Shown in pieces: positions 26,092-40,330 of a stretch of 64,000 nt of DNA (position 1 is the first letter of the stretch; each line of letters starts with the position of its first letter). Source of the stretch: Octopus vulgaris. Lineage: Eukaryota. The position numbers and the translations under genes were made by a program. Under the pieces are notes generated by a model. The model did not search any database, was not told the DNA's origin, and was given only the letters and a program-made list of their open reading frames with translations. Location of the stretch: the NCBI GenBank assembly GCA_951406725.2, contig OX597823.1, positions 20,708,001 through 20,772,000 of the forward strand, in the 5' to 3' direction.

Positions 26092-26473
26092 TGGAAGCAC
26101 TCCGTCGGTTACGACGACGAGGGTTCCGGTTGATCCGAATCAACGGAACAGCCTGCTCGTGAAATTAACGTGTAAGTGGCTGAGCACTCCACAGACACGT
26201 GTACCCTTATCGTAGTTCTCGGGGATATTCAGCGTGACACAGAGAGTGACAGACCGGCCCTTTGAAATACAGGTACAACAGAAACAGGAAGAAAGAGAGA
26301 GAGTAAGTTGTGGTGAAAGAGTACAGCAGGGATCACCACCATCCCTGCCGGAGCCTCGTGGAGCTTTTAGGTGTGTTTGCTCAATAAACACTCACAACGC
26401 CCGGTCTGGGAATCGAAACCGCGATCCCACGACCGCGAGTCCGCTGCCCTAACCACTGGGCCATTGCGCCTCC
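26092..26473 (-). mobile_element. SINE family B, full length
   Basis: Near-identical to 61352-61735. Confidence 0.92.
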
Positions 26474-26611
26474 ATCCGTTATAATATAATGAAGATATGT
26501 ATGCATGTGTATCTTTATGTGACTTCGCATCCTCTCCTCCACAGCACGTATAGTTTATACATGCGCACATGTATGTATACACACACACATATATATATAT
26601 ATATTTATCTG

Positions 26612-26728
<117 letters not shown>

Positions 26729-27426
26729 AGAATTTAATATAAAATATAAATTACAAAGTGGGACAAGAACGCAAAAACACACAAGGAGACGACACAAAAA
26801 ACCGACGGGTCACTCGAAGCCTCTAATCTTCAGTCGGGAACCGGATCATCTTAGTAATTTCGGCTGTTTAATCTCGATATCACTCCAATCCGGCCAGCCC
26901 CAAGGAAAATCCAAGCCACAGGCATTGGATTTCTTGGAAAGAGGGTCGAATGTATACGGAACAAAGACAGGATGCCACACGAATGTAAATACAAGAAACA
27001 AAAATATATATAAAAAACAGAAATAAAAAAAAACACGAAGGTGGACAGTACAAGGACAGGAGGCGCAGGATTGGCTGTGTGGTAGGAAGTTTGCTTCCCA
27101 ACCACAAGATAGTGGGTTCAGTTCCACTGCGTGACACATTGGGTAATAATCTTCTACTATAGCCTCTGATCGACCGTAGCCTTGTGAGTGGATTTGGTGG
27201 GTCGAATATATATATATATATATATAAATATATATATACACACATAAATAAATAAATATAGATGTGTGTCTGTGTGTGTGTGTGTGTGTATACATACATG
27301 CGCGCATGTATATACTATACGCGTAGCGGAGGAGAGGATGCGAAGTCACATATTTCGCATAAAGATAAACATGCATATATATATGTAAGCCTAGTACTTA
27401 TTCTATCGGTCTCTTTTTTGATTTTT

Positions 27427-27660
27427 AAGGTCAAATCAAAAACAGGAAGAGAGGAAAGAAAAAAGAAAAGCGGGTAGACCCTCTCATCTTTTCACACTCT
27501 CATACCTTTCTCTCTCTATCACCCTGACCTCCCCATTCCTACTATCCTTTTATCCTGACTGACCACTAGCCAGTACACTTTTCCTCTCTTCATTTCTCAA
27601 TTAATCTCTCACCCCGATTTTCTTCTTTTTTTCCTCTCTTCCTGTTTTTGATTTAACATT
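27427..27660. repeat. Imperfect inverted repeat, ~50-bp arms
   Basis: 27427-27475 vs 27611-27660; core AAATCAAAAACAGGAAGAGAGGAAA is exact. Confidence 0.8.
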
Positions 27661-27729
27661 ACAAACACATTCCCAACTTTTATGTCACTTCAAATAATAA
27701 AAAAAATCCCTCGATTCAATGATACCTGT

Positions 27730-27955
27730 TTCTTTATTAGCCACAAGGGGCTAAACATAGAGGGGACAAACAAGGACAGACAAACGGATTAAGTCGATTA
27801 CATCGACCCCAGTGCTTAACTGGTACTTAATTTATCGACCCCGAAAGGATGAAAGGCAAAGTCGACCTCGGCGGAATTTGAACTCAGAACATAACGGCAG
27901 ACGAAATACCGCTAAGCATTTCGCCCGGCGTGCTAACGGTTCTGCCAGCTCGCAC
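27730..27955 (-). mobile_element. SINE family A
   Basis: Homology to 39872-40103. Confidence 0.9.
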
Positions 27956-28169
27956 CGTCTACAAACTCTATGCTTGGAATGACCAATTTTAAATATTATT
28001 GGAACTTACACGCAAGGTATAGGAAACTTATATGTATACCATTCTGCCTAAATAATTGAACTGCTGATACAATATCCCTGCATATCACACGTATGTTTTC
28101 ATTCCTCCACTTCGCTCTCTATTTCATATCTTCTCTAGAATAACTGTTGCTTAGCCACTTTCTCACACC

Positions 28170-28217
28170 GTCTCCGATGAAGGGATATATAAAATATCTT
28201 GGAAACAGCTGTAAGAC
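28170..28217 (+). ncRNA. Type I hammerhead-like motif with CCGA core
   Basis: GUCU CCGAUGA A GGGAUAU-auaaa-AUAUCUU G GAAA CAGCUG UA AGAC: stem I GUCU/AGAC, 7-bp stem II, palindromic stem III. Confidence 0.6.
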
Positions 28218-28273
28218 CTATTTATAAATGTTCTGAATCTTTCACAGCCTTGGATTTTTATTTCATTCTGTTA

Positions 28274-28367
<94 letters not shown>

Positions 28368-28404
28368 ATTATATGTATCTCTCTCTATATATATATATAT
28401 ATAT

Positions 28405-28586
28405 TAGCCACAACACACATTTTTTGTCTTCTTGTTTCTCTCCTTGTTTTTTTCTGTGTCCCTTTCTGTAGAAGAGCATAGGCTCGAACCGTAAAAGACT
28501 TTTTTTCTATTCCTGAGCGTTATACTAATACATCTGTTTGTTTTGTTCACCACCTGTCTTCGTCTTTTGTTTTTTTCGTAAACACT

Positions 28587-28590
<4 letters not shown>
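28405..28590 (+). mobile_element. Short Penelope-like unit between (TA)n tracts (copy 2)
   Basis: Paralog of 10090-10260; hammerhead-like motif at 28462-28497 with GAAA changed to GAAC. Confidence 0.6.
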
Positions 28591-28627
<37 letters not shown>

Positions 28628-29089
28628 AATAGATACATATATATATAAACACAAACATACATACGCACTGCACACTTAATATACGCAAACAATGTTCTGG
28701 GTATTGATGTATCTTTTACAACTATCGAAATATGTTTGATTCGGCGAGTATGGATATATAGCAAACCGAATACGTGCTTATGTGTGTGTGTGTGTGTGTG
28801 TTTTTGTGCGCGCGTGAATGTGCGTTTGTATATGTAATTAGATGTGTTTATGTGTGTATATATATATATATATGTGTGTGTTCGTGTATCTATTTGATAT
28901 AATGCATTAAAATTAATCATCAAAAGCAACGCTACATTACTGCATTGATCTTGATTGTGATCCAACTCGGTGTCGGTGTTTTGGCAACAGGATGACCTTT
29001 TTTGAACTCTTGACATTGGGGGGGGTGGGGGGAAACAAATGAAGAAAAAAAACCTACATGAAGGTCAGAACTATATTACGTACACGCGA

Positions 29090-29811
29090 TGATGACGATG
29101 ATGAAGATGATGATTTTGATGGTGATGATAATGATGGTGATCACAATGATGATGATGATAATCATGAATTATGATGATGGTGATGATGATGATGATGCTT
29201 GTAGGATATGGGGTAAAATTATGATGATGGCTTTTGGTTAAAAAAAGATGAAAGCGATAGTGTTGGATGTGATGCGAATGAAGTGAATATATGCCAGTGG
29301 TAATAAATAGTGGTGATACTACGTAGCCATGGCGATGATGTTGATGATGATGATGGTGATGTTGTTGCTGATGCTGATGATGGATATGATGAATATGCTA
29401 AATATTGTGAATAAATATACAGTAGTGATAGGAATAATATTGTTGTTGTTGAGGAGTAGGAAGAGGTGGTGGAGAAGGAGGAGGATGAAGACGACGACGA
29501 CGATGATGATGAAAATGATGATGATGATGAAGTGATATTGACGATGATGATGATGATGATGATGACGATGATGATGATGATCATAAAGAGGAGAAAGAGA
29601 AAGAAGAGGAGAAGAAGAGAAGGATGTTGGTGAGGAGAAAGAGGAGAAGAAGAAAAAGAGAAGAAGAAAAAGAGGGAAACGGTGGTGATGATGATGAGGA
29701 GTAGGAGGGGGGACAGGAGGGTGAAGGTGGAGAAGGGGTAGATGATGATGGAGTAGGAGGATGAAGATAACGAGGACGATAAAGACGTTGATGATGATGA
29801 TGATGATAAAA

Positions 29812-29843
<32 letters not shown>

Positions 29844-29904
29844 AGTGGTGTTAGAGATTGTGGTGGCGTTGCTCTTTCTGTTGGTAGTGGTGTTGTTATT
29901 GTTG

Positions 29905-29936
<32 letters not shown>

Positions 29937-29994
29937 GGTGGTGGTGGTGGTAGTAGTGGTGGAGATGGAGGTAATAGTCCGGATATGTTTTCGG

Positions 29995-30029
<35 letters not shown>

Positions 30030-30035
30030 TGTAGT
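29090..30035. repeat. Compound trinucleotide low-complexity region (GAT/GAG/GTT/GTG/GTA)
   Basis: Directly visible. Confidence 0.95.
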
Positions 30036-30406
30036 GATTCTGGGAGTAGACGGTGGTAAACGTTATGATAACGATAATATATCTACTTTCAGCTATGTAA
30101 CTGCTGCTGCTACTGCTGCTGCTACTACCGCTGTCCATCATTCTATTGATTCAGCCATTTGCGACTCCAAATTTACTTTGTGATGAATAAACAAATTATA
30201 ATTGTGAAAAGATAAAATATAAATATAATATATAAATTAAAAGAGAGAAAAAAATGGAACGTCAGCAGAAAAATTGACTGAAAATGTCTGTTCGATCAGT
30301 ACTGATCTGAGTTAGGCCCAGCAGTGGCATACGCTTGAGAAATTCATGAACGCTACATCATTCATTGTCAGATATTTACGCCTACTGTTTTCTCCTCCCT
30401 CTCTAC

Positions 30407-30448
<42 letters not shown>

Positions 30449-31102
30449 TTATCTATGTTTCTTTCTTATACTGTAATATAAATATCCGCGACTGTAACTG
30501 CTCCTGATTTAATCGGTTGGCTGCATCAAAGCCACTGAAAGACAATCTTGCCAAGCTGTGAGCCGAAAATACTACGGGCATTTCTTGGTGGCTTCAATGA
30601 TGTTCAGCTGTGCTGGACGGTCAATAATGTTCGAAAGTGCTGAAATCGTTAAGGGAATATCTAGTCGAAAGCCGAGAGAAGATAACGACCAACAATAGAT
30701 GCTGAATGTATTGCAGTCAACCATCATCTGCCATCTATTATGGATTGGTGACACGTACAATGCCTCGCTCATTGTTTTACCGGGCTCTCTTATCACCAGC
30801 AGACACAGAGCCCTCTGGTAGGGGAGCATTTAGATCATGACACCTGCAATGACAGACACTAGCAGCTGACGGGTGGTACTCACTGGACATGAGTGGAGCG
30901 TCGTGAAATGAAGTGCCTTAATCAAGGGCCCAATATGTCTCCCGGTCCAGGAATTGAGCTCAGCTTTTTATGATCATGAGCCAAACACTCTAACCCTTAA
31001 GACAACCACCTTCAATATCTATATGAATAAGAATGTTTCTAATACTGAAGCCCAAAAAATAGAATTCATTATGGACACGTTTTCTTAATATTACGTACCG
31101 TT

Positions 31103-31548
31103 AAAGAGGTGGTGAGTTGGCAGGATCGTTAGCACGCCAGGCAAAATGCTTAGCGGCGTTTCGTCCGACTTTACGTTCTGAGTTCAAATGCCGCCAGTGT
31201 CGGATTTATCATTCATCCTTTCAGGGTCGATGAAATAAGTAGCAATTGAGCACTGGCGTCGATGTAATCGACTTAGCCTCTCCCCAGAAACTGTTGGCCT
31301 TGTGCCAAAACTTGAAACCGATATTACTTGCCATTGTAAGGCGACGATCTGCTAGAATCGTTAGCGCATATGACGAAATGCTTAGCAGTATTTCTTTCGG
31401 TTCTTTACGTTCTCAGCTCAAATCCCACCAAGGTCAACCTTATTTTTCGTCCTTTCGCGATCGAGAAAATAAAGAACCCGTCAAGTACCAAGATCGATTA
31501 ATCAACTTGCCTTCAAAATTTCTGGCATTTTGTCAAAATTAGAAAGAA
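31103..31548 (+). mobile_element. Two older family A SINEs in tandem
   Basis: Degenerate head+core copies at ~31103-31320 and ~31338-31548, ending ~10 bp from the exon donor. Confidence 0.75.
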
Positions 31549-31558
31549 TGTTGCTTAC

Positions 31559-31671
31559 CATTGTACTGAAGCCCAGACAAAGCATCATCAAGAAGAACAG
31601 TGCCGACCAGACTGGAGCTGCTACAATTTGTGACAATCCTTCCGGGTACACGACAAATACAAGGCCTGGAC
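31559..31671 (-). CDS. SLC6 transporter exon, EL4-TM8 (113 nt)
   Basis: TTAG|GTCCAGGC...ATG|GTAAGC; (G)PGLVFVVYPEGLSQIVAAPVWSALFFLMMLCLGFSTM; hallmark GPGLxFxxYPE; phase 1->0. Confidence 0.98.
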
Positions 31672-31924
31672 CTAATTTGTAAAACAAAAAGCAAACCTGT
31701 TTTTAACTGACATCTCGTATAATTATACTTCTATACATGTGTTATTGTTTTTAAGTCAAGCCACACACCAGCACTAATCAACGCCTCAAATCTCGCACCC
31801 TATGACTCCAGCTATCTTTTATTTCTAGTGTTTCCAATTATTACCTTGCCTGTATTATACCTAATGTTTCACTTTGCTGCTATTTTTAACCAACCAAACC
31901 ACCATGTGCAGACAACTATATGCT

Positions 31925-32318
31925 TTTCTTCTCTAGACACAAGGCCCTAAATTTTTGGGGAAGGAGCCAGTCGATTGGATCGACGCTAGTACGCAGCTGA
32001 TACTTAGCTTATAGACCCATAAAAGGATGAAAAGTAATGTCATCCTCGGCGGAATTTGAACTCAGACCGTAAAGACAAACGAAATACCCATTTCTTTACT
32101 GCCCACAAGGGGCTAGACACAGAGGGGACAAACAAGGACAAAGGGATTAAGTCGATTACATCGACCCCAGTGTGTAACTGGTACTTATTTAATCGACCCC
32201 GAAAGGATGAAAGGCAAAGTCGACCTCGGTGGAATTTGAACTCAGAACGTAGCGGCAGACGAAATATCGCTAAGCATTTCGCCCGGCGTGCTAACGTTTC
32301 TGCCAGCGCGCCGCCTTG
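31925..32318 (-). mobile_element. SINE family A dimer (young unit + older unit)
   Basis: Two cores with two tail types. Confidence 0.85.
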
Positions 32319-32704
32319 TAGACAAGTATATCGTATCAAGAACACGTATTTCTCAGATGCCATAACTTCAAGCGTATTTCATACAGAAAACGATGTCCGT
32401 ATGTTTAAGCGGTTCTTCTCAAAAACACATAGTTCCAAAGACGAAGTGACTGCTTTTACTGTTTGCAGTGTTTTCCATTATAAACTCCGGTTGATTAATG
32501 TTTGCTGAGGACAATGCAGTACATGATACGCGTTGAAATAAGCTTCAGATATATTCCAACCCATAAGAAAATATTCACTGCATTTTTATGTGCTAAATAC
32601 AAACTGCAGGGAATTGTTCGAATGTGACTCAAGCCTTTTTGAAAAGCTAACAATTTTATACTTGTATACATTAATGCTCAGTGCTTCTAACTCAGATACT
32701 CGTG

Positions 32705-32739
<35 letters not shown>

Positions 32740-32968
32740 CTCGTCGACAACTATGATTGTCACACGCCGATGACGGGTCAATACCCTGAAAATCGAGTCC
32801 GTGTGTATCATAAGTTGAAGACGGGAAGGATGGCTTCCCTTCGCAAATACTGATAGGGCACAGAAAGTGTGTCTATAGCCAGCTGGAGGAGGTGTCCTCC
32901 TGGGGCTACAAACTACAGTAGCATCCACCCTTAGGGGTTAGTCATATTCAAATGGCAAATATACGTCA

Positions 32969-33020
<52 letters not shown>

Positions 33021-33022
<2 letters not shown>

Positions 33023-33330
33023 TCTTAATCTTTTTTGCCCCCTGTGGAGCATAGGGCCTCAACCGTTGTTTTCCACTTTTTGCTGGCTTTGGCGTGTTTC
33101 TTCGCTGTTTCCCATGTCAAGCCGGTGGTCCTGAGCTTGTCCAAAATGTTCCACTTCCACGCCTGCTTCGGGCATCCTCGCTTCCTTTTCCCCTGCGGGT
33201 TCCACTGAAATGCTTGTCGTTCACATTTAAGGATTCTTTCTGCAATGTGTGTCCGATCCATCTCCATTTCCTTCGTCTAATCTGAACATCTATGGGCTCC
33301 TGGTTGGCACTTTCCCACAGGTCGGTGTTT
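33021..33330 (-). mobile_element. 5'-truncated RTE-clade LINE
   Basis: 'NTDLWESANQEPIDVQIRRRKWRWIGHTL...WNPQGKRKRGCPK...VEALCSTGGKKD*', followed by (AT)n. Confidence 0.88.
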
Positions 33331-33353
33331 CCTCGAAATTATACCTTTGAGGG

Positions 33354-33749
33354 TGGAGTCGCAATGACCCAGTGGTTACGGCAGCGGACTCGCGGTAGTA
33401 GGATCGCGGTTTCGATTCCCAGACCAGGCGTTGTGAGTGTTTATTGAGCGAAAACAGGAAATTGAATTGGATGAGCTACGCCGCAGCACATGGATAGATT
33501 TTTACACTATTTGCATGTATGTCTCAGATGTATCGTGGCACTCCGTCGGTTACGATGACGAGGGTTCCAGTTGATACGATCAATGGAACAGACACGTGTA
33601 CCTTTAACGTAGTTCTCGGGATATTCAGTGTGACACAGAGTGTGACAAGGCTGGCCCTTTAAAATACAGGTTCAGCAGAAACAGGAAGAAATTGTGAGAG
33701 AAAATTGTTCACTGTTCACTGTCCTAACCACTGGACCATTGCGCCTCCA
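33354..33749. mobile_element. Two family B SINE fragments in opposite orientation
   Basis: + head at 33354-33455; internally deleted - copy at 33536-33749. Confidence 0.75.
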
Positions 33750-34688
33750 CTCTGATATAATAAGTAATAGCAAGTTTATATATGTGTATTTACGTCTGTA
33801 TTTGTGATTATATTTAAATGTAGAAAACGGCGACGAATTGTTTCTTTGTCCAACGAAAGCAGTAAAGAAACGAAACGGTTCCAAAAATAGAAATCAACGA
33901 TCATAAATAGTAGTTTAAAATAATTACTAGGGTCGATGTGATCATCGATAAAAATACTCGCAGAACTCCGTACGACTGAGTTCAGTAACTAAATAACATT
34001 GGTGCGTTTCGTTCTCTTATACCAAGGTGAGGTGAAGAGATGAAATGGACTTAAGATATAATACCTTCAATTGGGGCAAGTATTACAACCCACAACCACT
34101 ATTTCGTTGTTTGTGAGCATGACTTATTTTATATTGCTTCATTTCAATTATCTATTTATGTATCAGATCGTTTTGGAATGTTATCTGGGTTAGACTGGCG
34201 CCTTATCTTGAAGGCTATTGATCTGATTGGTTTCATCTCATGAAACTAGAGCTAACAGCTGGCCTTCAATGTTTCCAAAATCTTTTGGTTTTAGATGACA
34301 TTTATAATTGTTTATCTCTACTATGGTTGATCTGATCTATTCTTCGATTTCTTCTTTATGTCACTCATTTCTTTCCTTTTCACTCTCTCTCTCTCTCTCT
34401 ATCTCTATCTATCTTTCCTTCGATATACCCACGTACATACACTTGCTCACGCACAGATGCATACATATGTACAGATATAGTGGAAGAGTGTACACGAACA
34501 CCGAATTAGTATTCGGATTGATCTACCTCTACATATGTATACATAGGAACATACAAGTATATGCACATGTGCAGCTGTATATCCACACATTCATACATTC
34601 ATGCATACATACTCAAACGCATTTACATATACACCCTTATATGCGTACACACACATCTCTCTCTCTCACTCTGTGTATATATATATAT

Positions 34689-34741
<53 letters not shown>

Positions 34742-34889
34742 GAGAGAGAGAGAAAGAATGAGAGAAGGGGGAAGAAATGCGTGGGAAAAAGAAAAAATCG
34801 AAGAATACGTATATACACACATATTATATATATATATATATATATATAGATAAATATATATATATATATATGTATGTATGCATACATAC

Positions 34890-34932
<43 letters not shown>

Positions 34933-36142
34933 CACTCACACCATTCCCATAAACGCTTGGCAGACGATACTCTGAAAACAAACCTATTTCCTTCCTATTC
35001 ATTTGGGGTACTATATCGTTAGAAATATGTTTATATATCTATTTACTTTTAAAAACTTTTACTGCTTTCGGCATTAATGTGATACGTCACTCTTCCTTTC
35101 ATACATACACATTTACTAACCACATATATCTACATGGTAACATTTCAAATATATTTAATATAAAGTAGATGATATCCAGTCAGAAATTATTGCATATTTT
35201 TATGGCATATACATTTACATCCATATGTTGTTTAATGTTACGTAATATATGGTTATTATAGTTATAACTAAAATCTATATTTTTGTATATATTATTTACG
35301 AAATTAATGCCGAAAATATTCCTGGTTTTCAGACCAGGTGACTTGCCAAATTGTGTGTAAATTATAACTTTAGGATTTAACTATTATTGCCTCTAGTAGA
35401 CAATGTAATGTGATGTGAAATTAAGGGACGTACTTTCAGATATTTTATTATCTATGCACCTGTATGTAGTATGTATGTATGTATGAATGTGTATGTGTAT
35501 GTATGAATATACACACGCATGCACGCACACACATTCGAGAGTGGGGATTGAAAAATTCCTGTTTTAGGTGAAAGAAAATATAGTAGGATCAGTTCTCACA
35601 CTTATTGCAGCGGTCCTTCGTTTTTCTATGCTCTGTAAATGATCTTGGAAAGTTGGGCCTACAACTAGGCTTTTCGCGATGCCCTATTTTTTTAGTACTT
35701 TTTCGTATATTTCAAAGGAGTTTGGAAAACGTTTTTAGCATCATTTATTCACCGTTAGTCATGTTTCATTTGCTAATATGAATTACAAATTTGTACAATC
35801 AGAAATTTGTAATTCCCATTAAGTATATCTATCTTTATATACACTCCAGTGTATATCTATGAGTTATGTATATATTCATGCGCATATACATACATACACA
35901 AATATATATATATTACCTGGAACTCTTCTTTACACTTCTCAACGAAAACATAACGCTGTAAGAAATTTGAAAAGCTGAACGCGAAATCGGTCATTGTATG
36001 AAAAAAATTTATAACATTCTTCTGACATAATGACTCAAATATATATTTTTTAACCTTTTAAAACAAGCCTTCTGTAGTTTTTTCACTTTTTACTATTTTC
36101 TATATATTCAACCACGTGCTTTCACACGCCAACTTTCTCACC

Positions 36143-36176
<34 letters not shown>

Positions 36177-36278
36177 GATATATATGTACACTCAAACACA
36201 TACACGCGAAAAGGTACACAGAGGAAGAGAATGACAGAAACAGAAATGTGGGGGTGTGTCTTGGTATATAAATATGCT

Positions 36279-36680
36279 TAAGGCGGCGAGCTGGCAGAAT
36301 CGTTTGCACGTCTGCCGCTACTGTCTGAGTTCAAATTCCACCGAGATCGACTTTGCCTTTCATCCTTTCGGGGTCGATTAAATAAGTACCAGTTACGCAC
36401 TGGGGTCAATATAATCGACTTAATCTGTTTGTCTGTCCCTGTTTGTCCCCTCTGTGTGTAGCCCCTTGTGGGCAGTAAAGAAATAAGAAAAGTTAGCACG
36501 CCGGGCGAAATGCTTATCGGTATTTTGTCTGTCTTTACGTTCTGAGTTCATATTTCACCGAGGTCGTCTTTGCCTTTCATCCTTTCGGGGTCGATAAATT
36601 AAGTACCAGTTGCTTACTAGGGTCGACCTAATCGACTGGCACCGTCCTCCAAGATTTCGGGCCTTGTGCCTAGAGTAGAA
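36279..36680 (+). mobile_element. SINE family A dimer
   Basis: Head+core+tail1 followed by partial head+core+tail2. Confidence 0.88.
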
Positions 36681-36739
36681 TATGCGTGTGTGTGTATGTG
36701 TGGCTGTTTGTGTATGTGCCTATGTGTGTATGTGCATGT

Positions 36740-36796
<57 letters not shown>

Positions 36797-37002
36797 TGTG
36801 TGTTCTCGCGCACGATTATATGTGTGTGTATTCCTATGTTAAATTGTGTGTCTGTTGCACATCAGAGTAACAGAGACGAATTTGGTGGAGTCTGAAAGTT
36901 ATGGAAAGCGGAAATATTCAAACTCTCAGCAAAAGCCCCCTCCCCCCGCCCTCGTCTAATGTACGCACAAGAACTGTGTGTAGTGACGACAGTATACTCT
37001 TT

Positions 37003-37137
<135 letters not shown>

Positions 37138-38737
37138 ATCTATGTATGTATGTATGTATGTTTGGTTCGGACGGAATGAAGGATTAGCAGACAAAACGGA
37201 AATCCAAGCCCCAAACTGGCTCTCATAATTAGCAGTTCAGATGGAAAGTAATTAATTTCTTCCCCGGAAATTTCTTGAAGAAAAATCAATGTTATTCTCT
37301 GTCACCACCCAGTCAGCATCCAACACATCTTTAATATCTTTATTTTATTGTTTACTTTATGTTAATTTTGCTTTTGCGTATATTTGCTCCATCTTTGAAA
37401 TATTCTCTTTCTTTCTTTCTTCTTGCTGTTGTTGCAGTTGGTTTTCTTCTTTATCTTCTTCATCGTTTTCATTTTCTTCATCATCATCATCTTCTTCTTA
37501 TCCACTTCCTTTCTCTTGTTCCTCTTTCGTCGTCGTCATTGTTCGCCTCCCCCTCCTCCTTTTTTCTTTTTCCTCTCCTTTTCCTCCGCTCCTCCCTCGT
37601 CATTTTCCTCCTCTTATGCCTCCTCCCCTTGCTCCTCCTCTGCCTTCTCCTCCACCCGTCTCATCCACTTTCCCATTATCAGATAGTTATCGCTCTCATC
37701 ATCATAACCATTAAGATCACCATCATCTTCATCAGCACCGTCATCTTTGCGTCATTGCTTTCGTTTCCTTCCTCCTCTTCCCCTTTATCATCATCGTCGT
37801 CGTCTTCGCCATGGCCACCACCTCCATCATTTCTTTTTTTAATTAGTGATAGACACAAAGTTTGAAGATGGGATAACAATCAATTAGTCTATACGTGAAT
37901 GTGTATGCTTTCAAAGTGACATTATGTAGTGTGAAGGAATACATATGTGTGTATGTGTGTATGTACTTGTGTGTATTTGTGTGTGTGTGTTTGTGTTTGT
38001 GTGTGTCTGTGCGTCTATGTGTGTGTCTGTGTTTGTGTCTGTATGTATCTGTGTGTATGCATGCGTGGATACAACTTGCATGTACGTGTGTTTGACTAAG
38101 TACTTTGTATTTGTAAAGAGAAAATATAAAAGATAGACTGATAACAGAATGAGAGAGAAAGGAAGAGGGAAAGAGATAGAGAGAAAGCCGGAAAGACAGC
38201 AAGAAAAACATAGAGAGAGAAAGAGAAAGAAAATGAGAGAGGGGAGAGAGAGGGAGAGAGACTGTACGTTGCCAATGTATAAATAGAAAGCAATACTCTT
38301 CGATAAAACTATTGAAAGGAAACGGCGGAAATGAGTGAATATTTGAATTATGGAATCAATGTTAAGAATAGCGAAGACGTCGAAAATGGCGTGTGTAATT
38401 AATATTCTAAGACTTATTGTCCTTGTTTGACGTTTTGGAACTAACACTAACCATATCGACGACTCTTGAATCAATTTCCTAATTCTATTATTCATCCTGA
38501 TGTATTGACTTAGCTGAAAGAATACACTACTAGCCCAGATTGACTTGTTGTTTTCAGTTGTGTCATTCTGTGGTCTGAGTTCAAATTCCAACGAAATTAA
38601 CTTTACATTTTATGCTTCTGGAATCTACACCAATCGGCACTTGTTAAAAATAAAATAAAACAAAACATTACGCCAGTTTAATTTTCTAACGCCACGTCAT
38701 GAGCTCCAGGACTCTTCAGGCCGTTTATTCAATTTCA

Positions 38738-38973
38738 CAGAGTGTTCACAAAGTCTCTCCGCAGTAAATATTTAATGGTTTTCGGGCGATTCTTGTACAC
38801 TCGTCCTTTACTTGCTCCCCAGAAACAAAATGTCTGGCGCTGTTAAATTAGGTGATCTTGGTGGCCAAAGTCCATTCGAAATAATCCGTTCACCGAAAAA
38901 CTCGTGAAGCAGCGCTATGGTGATGCGCAGAATCAAATAAAATCCACTGCGGAGAGACTTTTTGAACACGCTG
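38738..38973 (-). mobile_element. Internally deleted mariner-superfamily element (MITE-sized)
   Basis: 28-bp TIRs CAG(A/C)GTGTTCA(C/A)AAAGTCTCTCCGCAGT; right TA. Retains 'FFGERIISNGLWPPRSPNLTAPD' on the - strand. Confidence 0.85.
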
Positions 38974-39028
38974 TATATAAATGATCAAAGTATATAAATG
39001 ATCCCCGTCACCAAATTACCATAGTGTA

Positions 39029-39230
39029 CAGGTTGGCCAAAAGTCAACAGACAGTAAATCAAACCATTTAATTCCAAGATTTATTTATGTTTAACAACTG
39101 AAACATCATGAAAAGTGTTCACACTAAAGTCCTTCTTCAGCGACACATTTTTCCATTCGAGTCAATACAGAATTACAGATAATATTTATGGAATTTTGAT
39201 TTACTGTTGGGTGACTTTTGGCCAACCCTG
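39029..39230. mobile_element. Tc1/mariner MITE
   Basis: TA|CAGGTTGGCCAAAAGTCA...ACAGTAAATCAAA and the inverse ending GGCCAACCCTG|TA. Confidence 0.85.
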
Positions 39231-39248
39231 TATAATATCGCAACATCA

Positions 39249-39637
39249 GGTGTGGCTGTGTGGTAAGAAGCTTGTTTCCCAGCAACAAGGTTCCGGGTTC
39301 AGACCCATTTCGTCGCACCTTGGGCAGGTGTCTTCTATTATATAGCTTCGGGCCGACCAAAGCCCTGTGAGTGGATTTGGTAGACGGAAAATGAAAGAAG
39401 CCGTCGAGTACATATATATATGTATATATATATATGCGTGTGTGTCTTTCTATCTGTGTTTGTCCCCACACCATTGCTTGAGAACCGACGTTGGTGTGTT
39501 TATGTTCCCGAAACCTAGCGGTTCGACAGACCAATGGGCACTAAGCTTCCAAAGAATGAGTCCTGGGGTCGATTTCTTCGACTATAGGCGCTGCTCCAGC
39601 ATGAAAACAGTCAAATGACTCAAACATATGAAAGAAT
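39249..39637 (+). mobile_element. SINE family C
   Basis: Homology to other copies. Confidence 0.85.
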
Positions 39638-39871
39638 ATCACTCCCTGTCTGTTACAGGGTTATTCATTTACAGCTGAATGGGCTGGGTGAATGTGAAGG
39701 GATTTTCTCAAGAACACAACGTACCGCTCTGTCCGGAAGCGAAATCGCTTATGGCAGTGACTGCAACATCGTAATCACTAACCAATAGGCCACGCTTCTT
39801 CATGCTCCTCTTTTCGCCTTATTAGTAAACTATATTAACTATATTAACTAATATAGTAAACAATATTAAAT

Positions 39872-40103
39872 AAAGGCGGCGAGCTGGCAGAAACGTTAGC
39901 ACGCTGGGCGAAATGCTTAGCGATATTTCGTCTGCCGTTACATTCTGAGTTCAAATTCCGCCGAGGTCGACTTTGCCTTTCATCCTTTCGGGGTCGATAA
40001 ATTAAGTACCAGTTACACACTGGGGTCGATGTAATCGACTTAATCCGTTTGTCTGTCCTTGTTTGTCCCCTCTGTGTTTAGCCCCTTGTGGGTAGTAAAG
40101 AAA
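39872..40103 (+). mobile_element. SINE family A, full-length monomer
   Basis: AAGGCGGCGAGCTGGCAGAA...B box GAGTTCAAATTCC, Nin/Deu-like core, tail ...GTAGTAAAGAAA. Confidence 0.92.
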
Positions 40104-40330
40104 CATATATTAATTACAGACACAAATGAGGGCGTGAGACTGGCTGTGACGTTAGAGCGGAAGTAGCATTGCTTACCCGTTTCTAGTTGTGGGCAATTAC
40201 GCCCTGCGTTTCAAACCCACCAAAGTCGAGTTTGCTATTCGTATTTTCTGAGGGATGACCTGATTTACTTACCAGTCAGAAACTAGAGTCGATTGTTATT
40301 GACTCCACGTTCACAATACTATTAATTATG

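Noticed and set aside
26092-26473. tRNA-like sequences in SINE heads
   Set aside because: No complete cloverleaf; always attached to SINE bodies, so not tRNA genes.
26800-26910. CUGAAGA and GAAA boxes on the minus strand
   Set aside because: Cannot be folded into a consistent hammerhead with proper stems.
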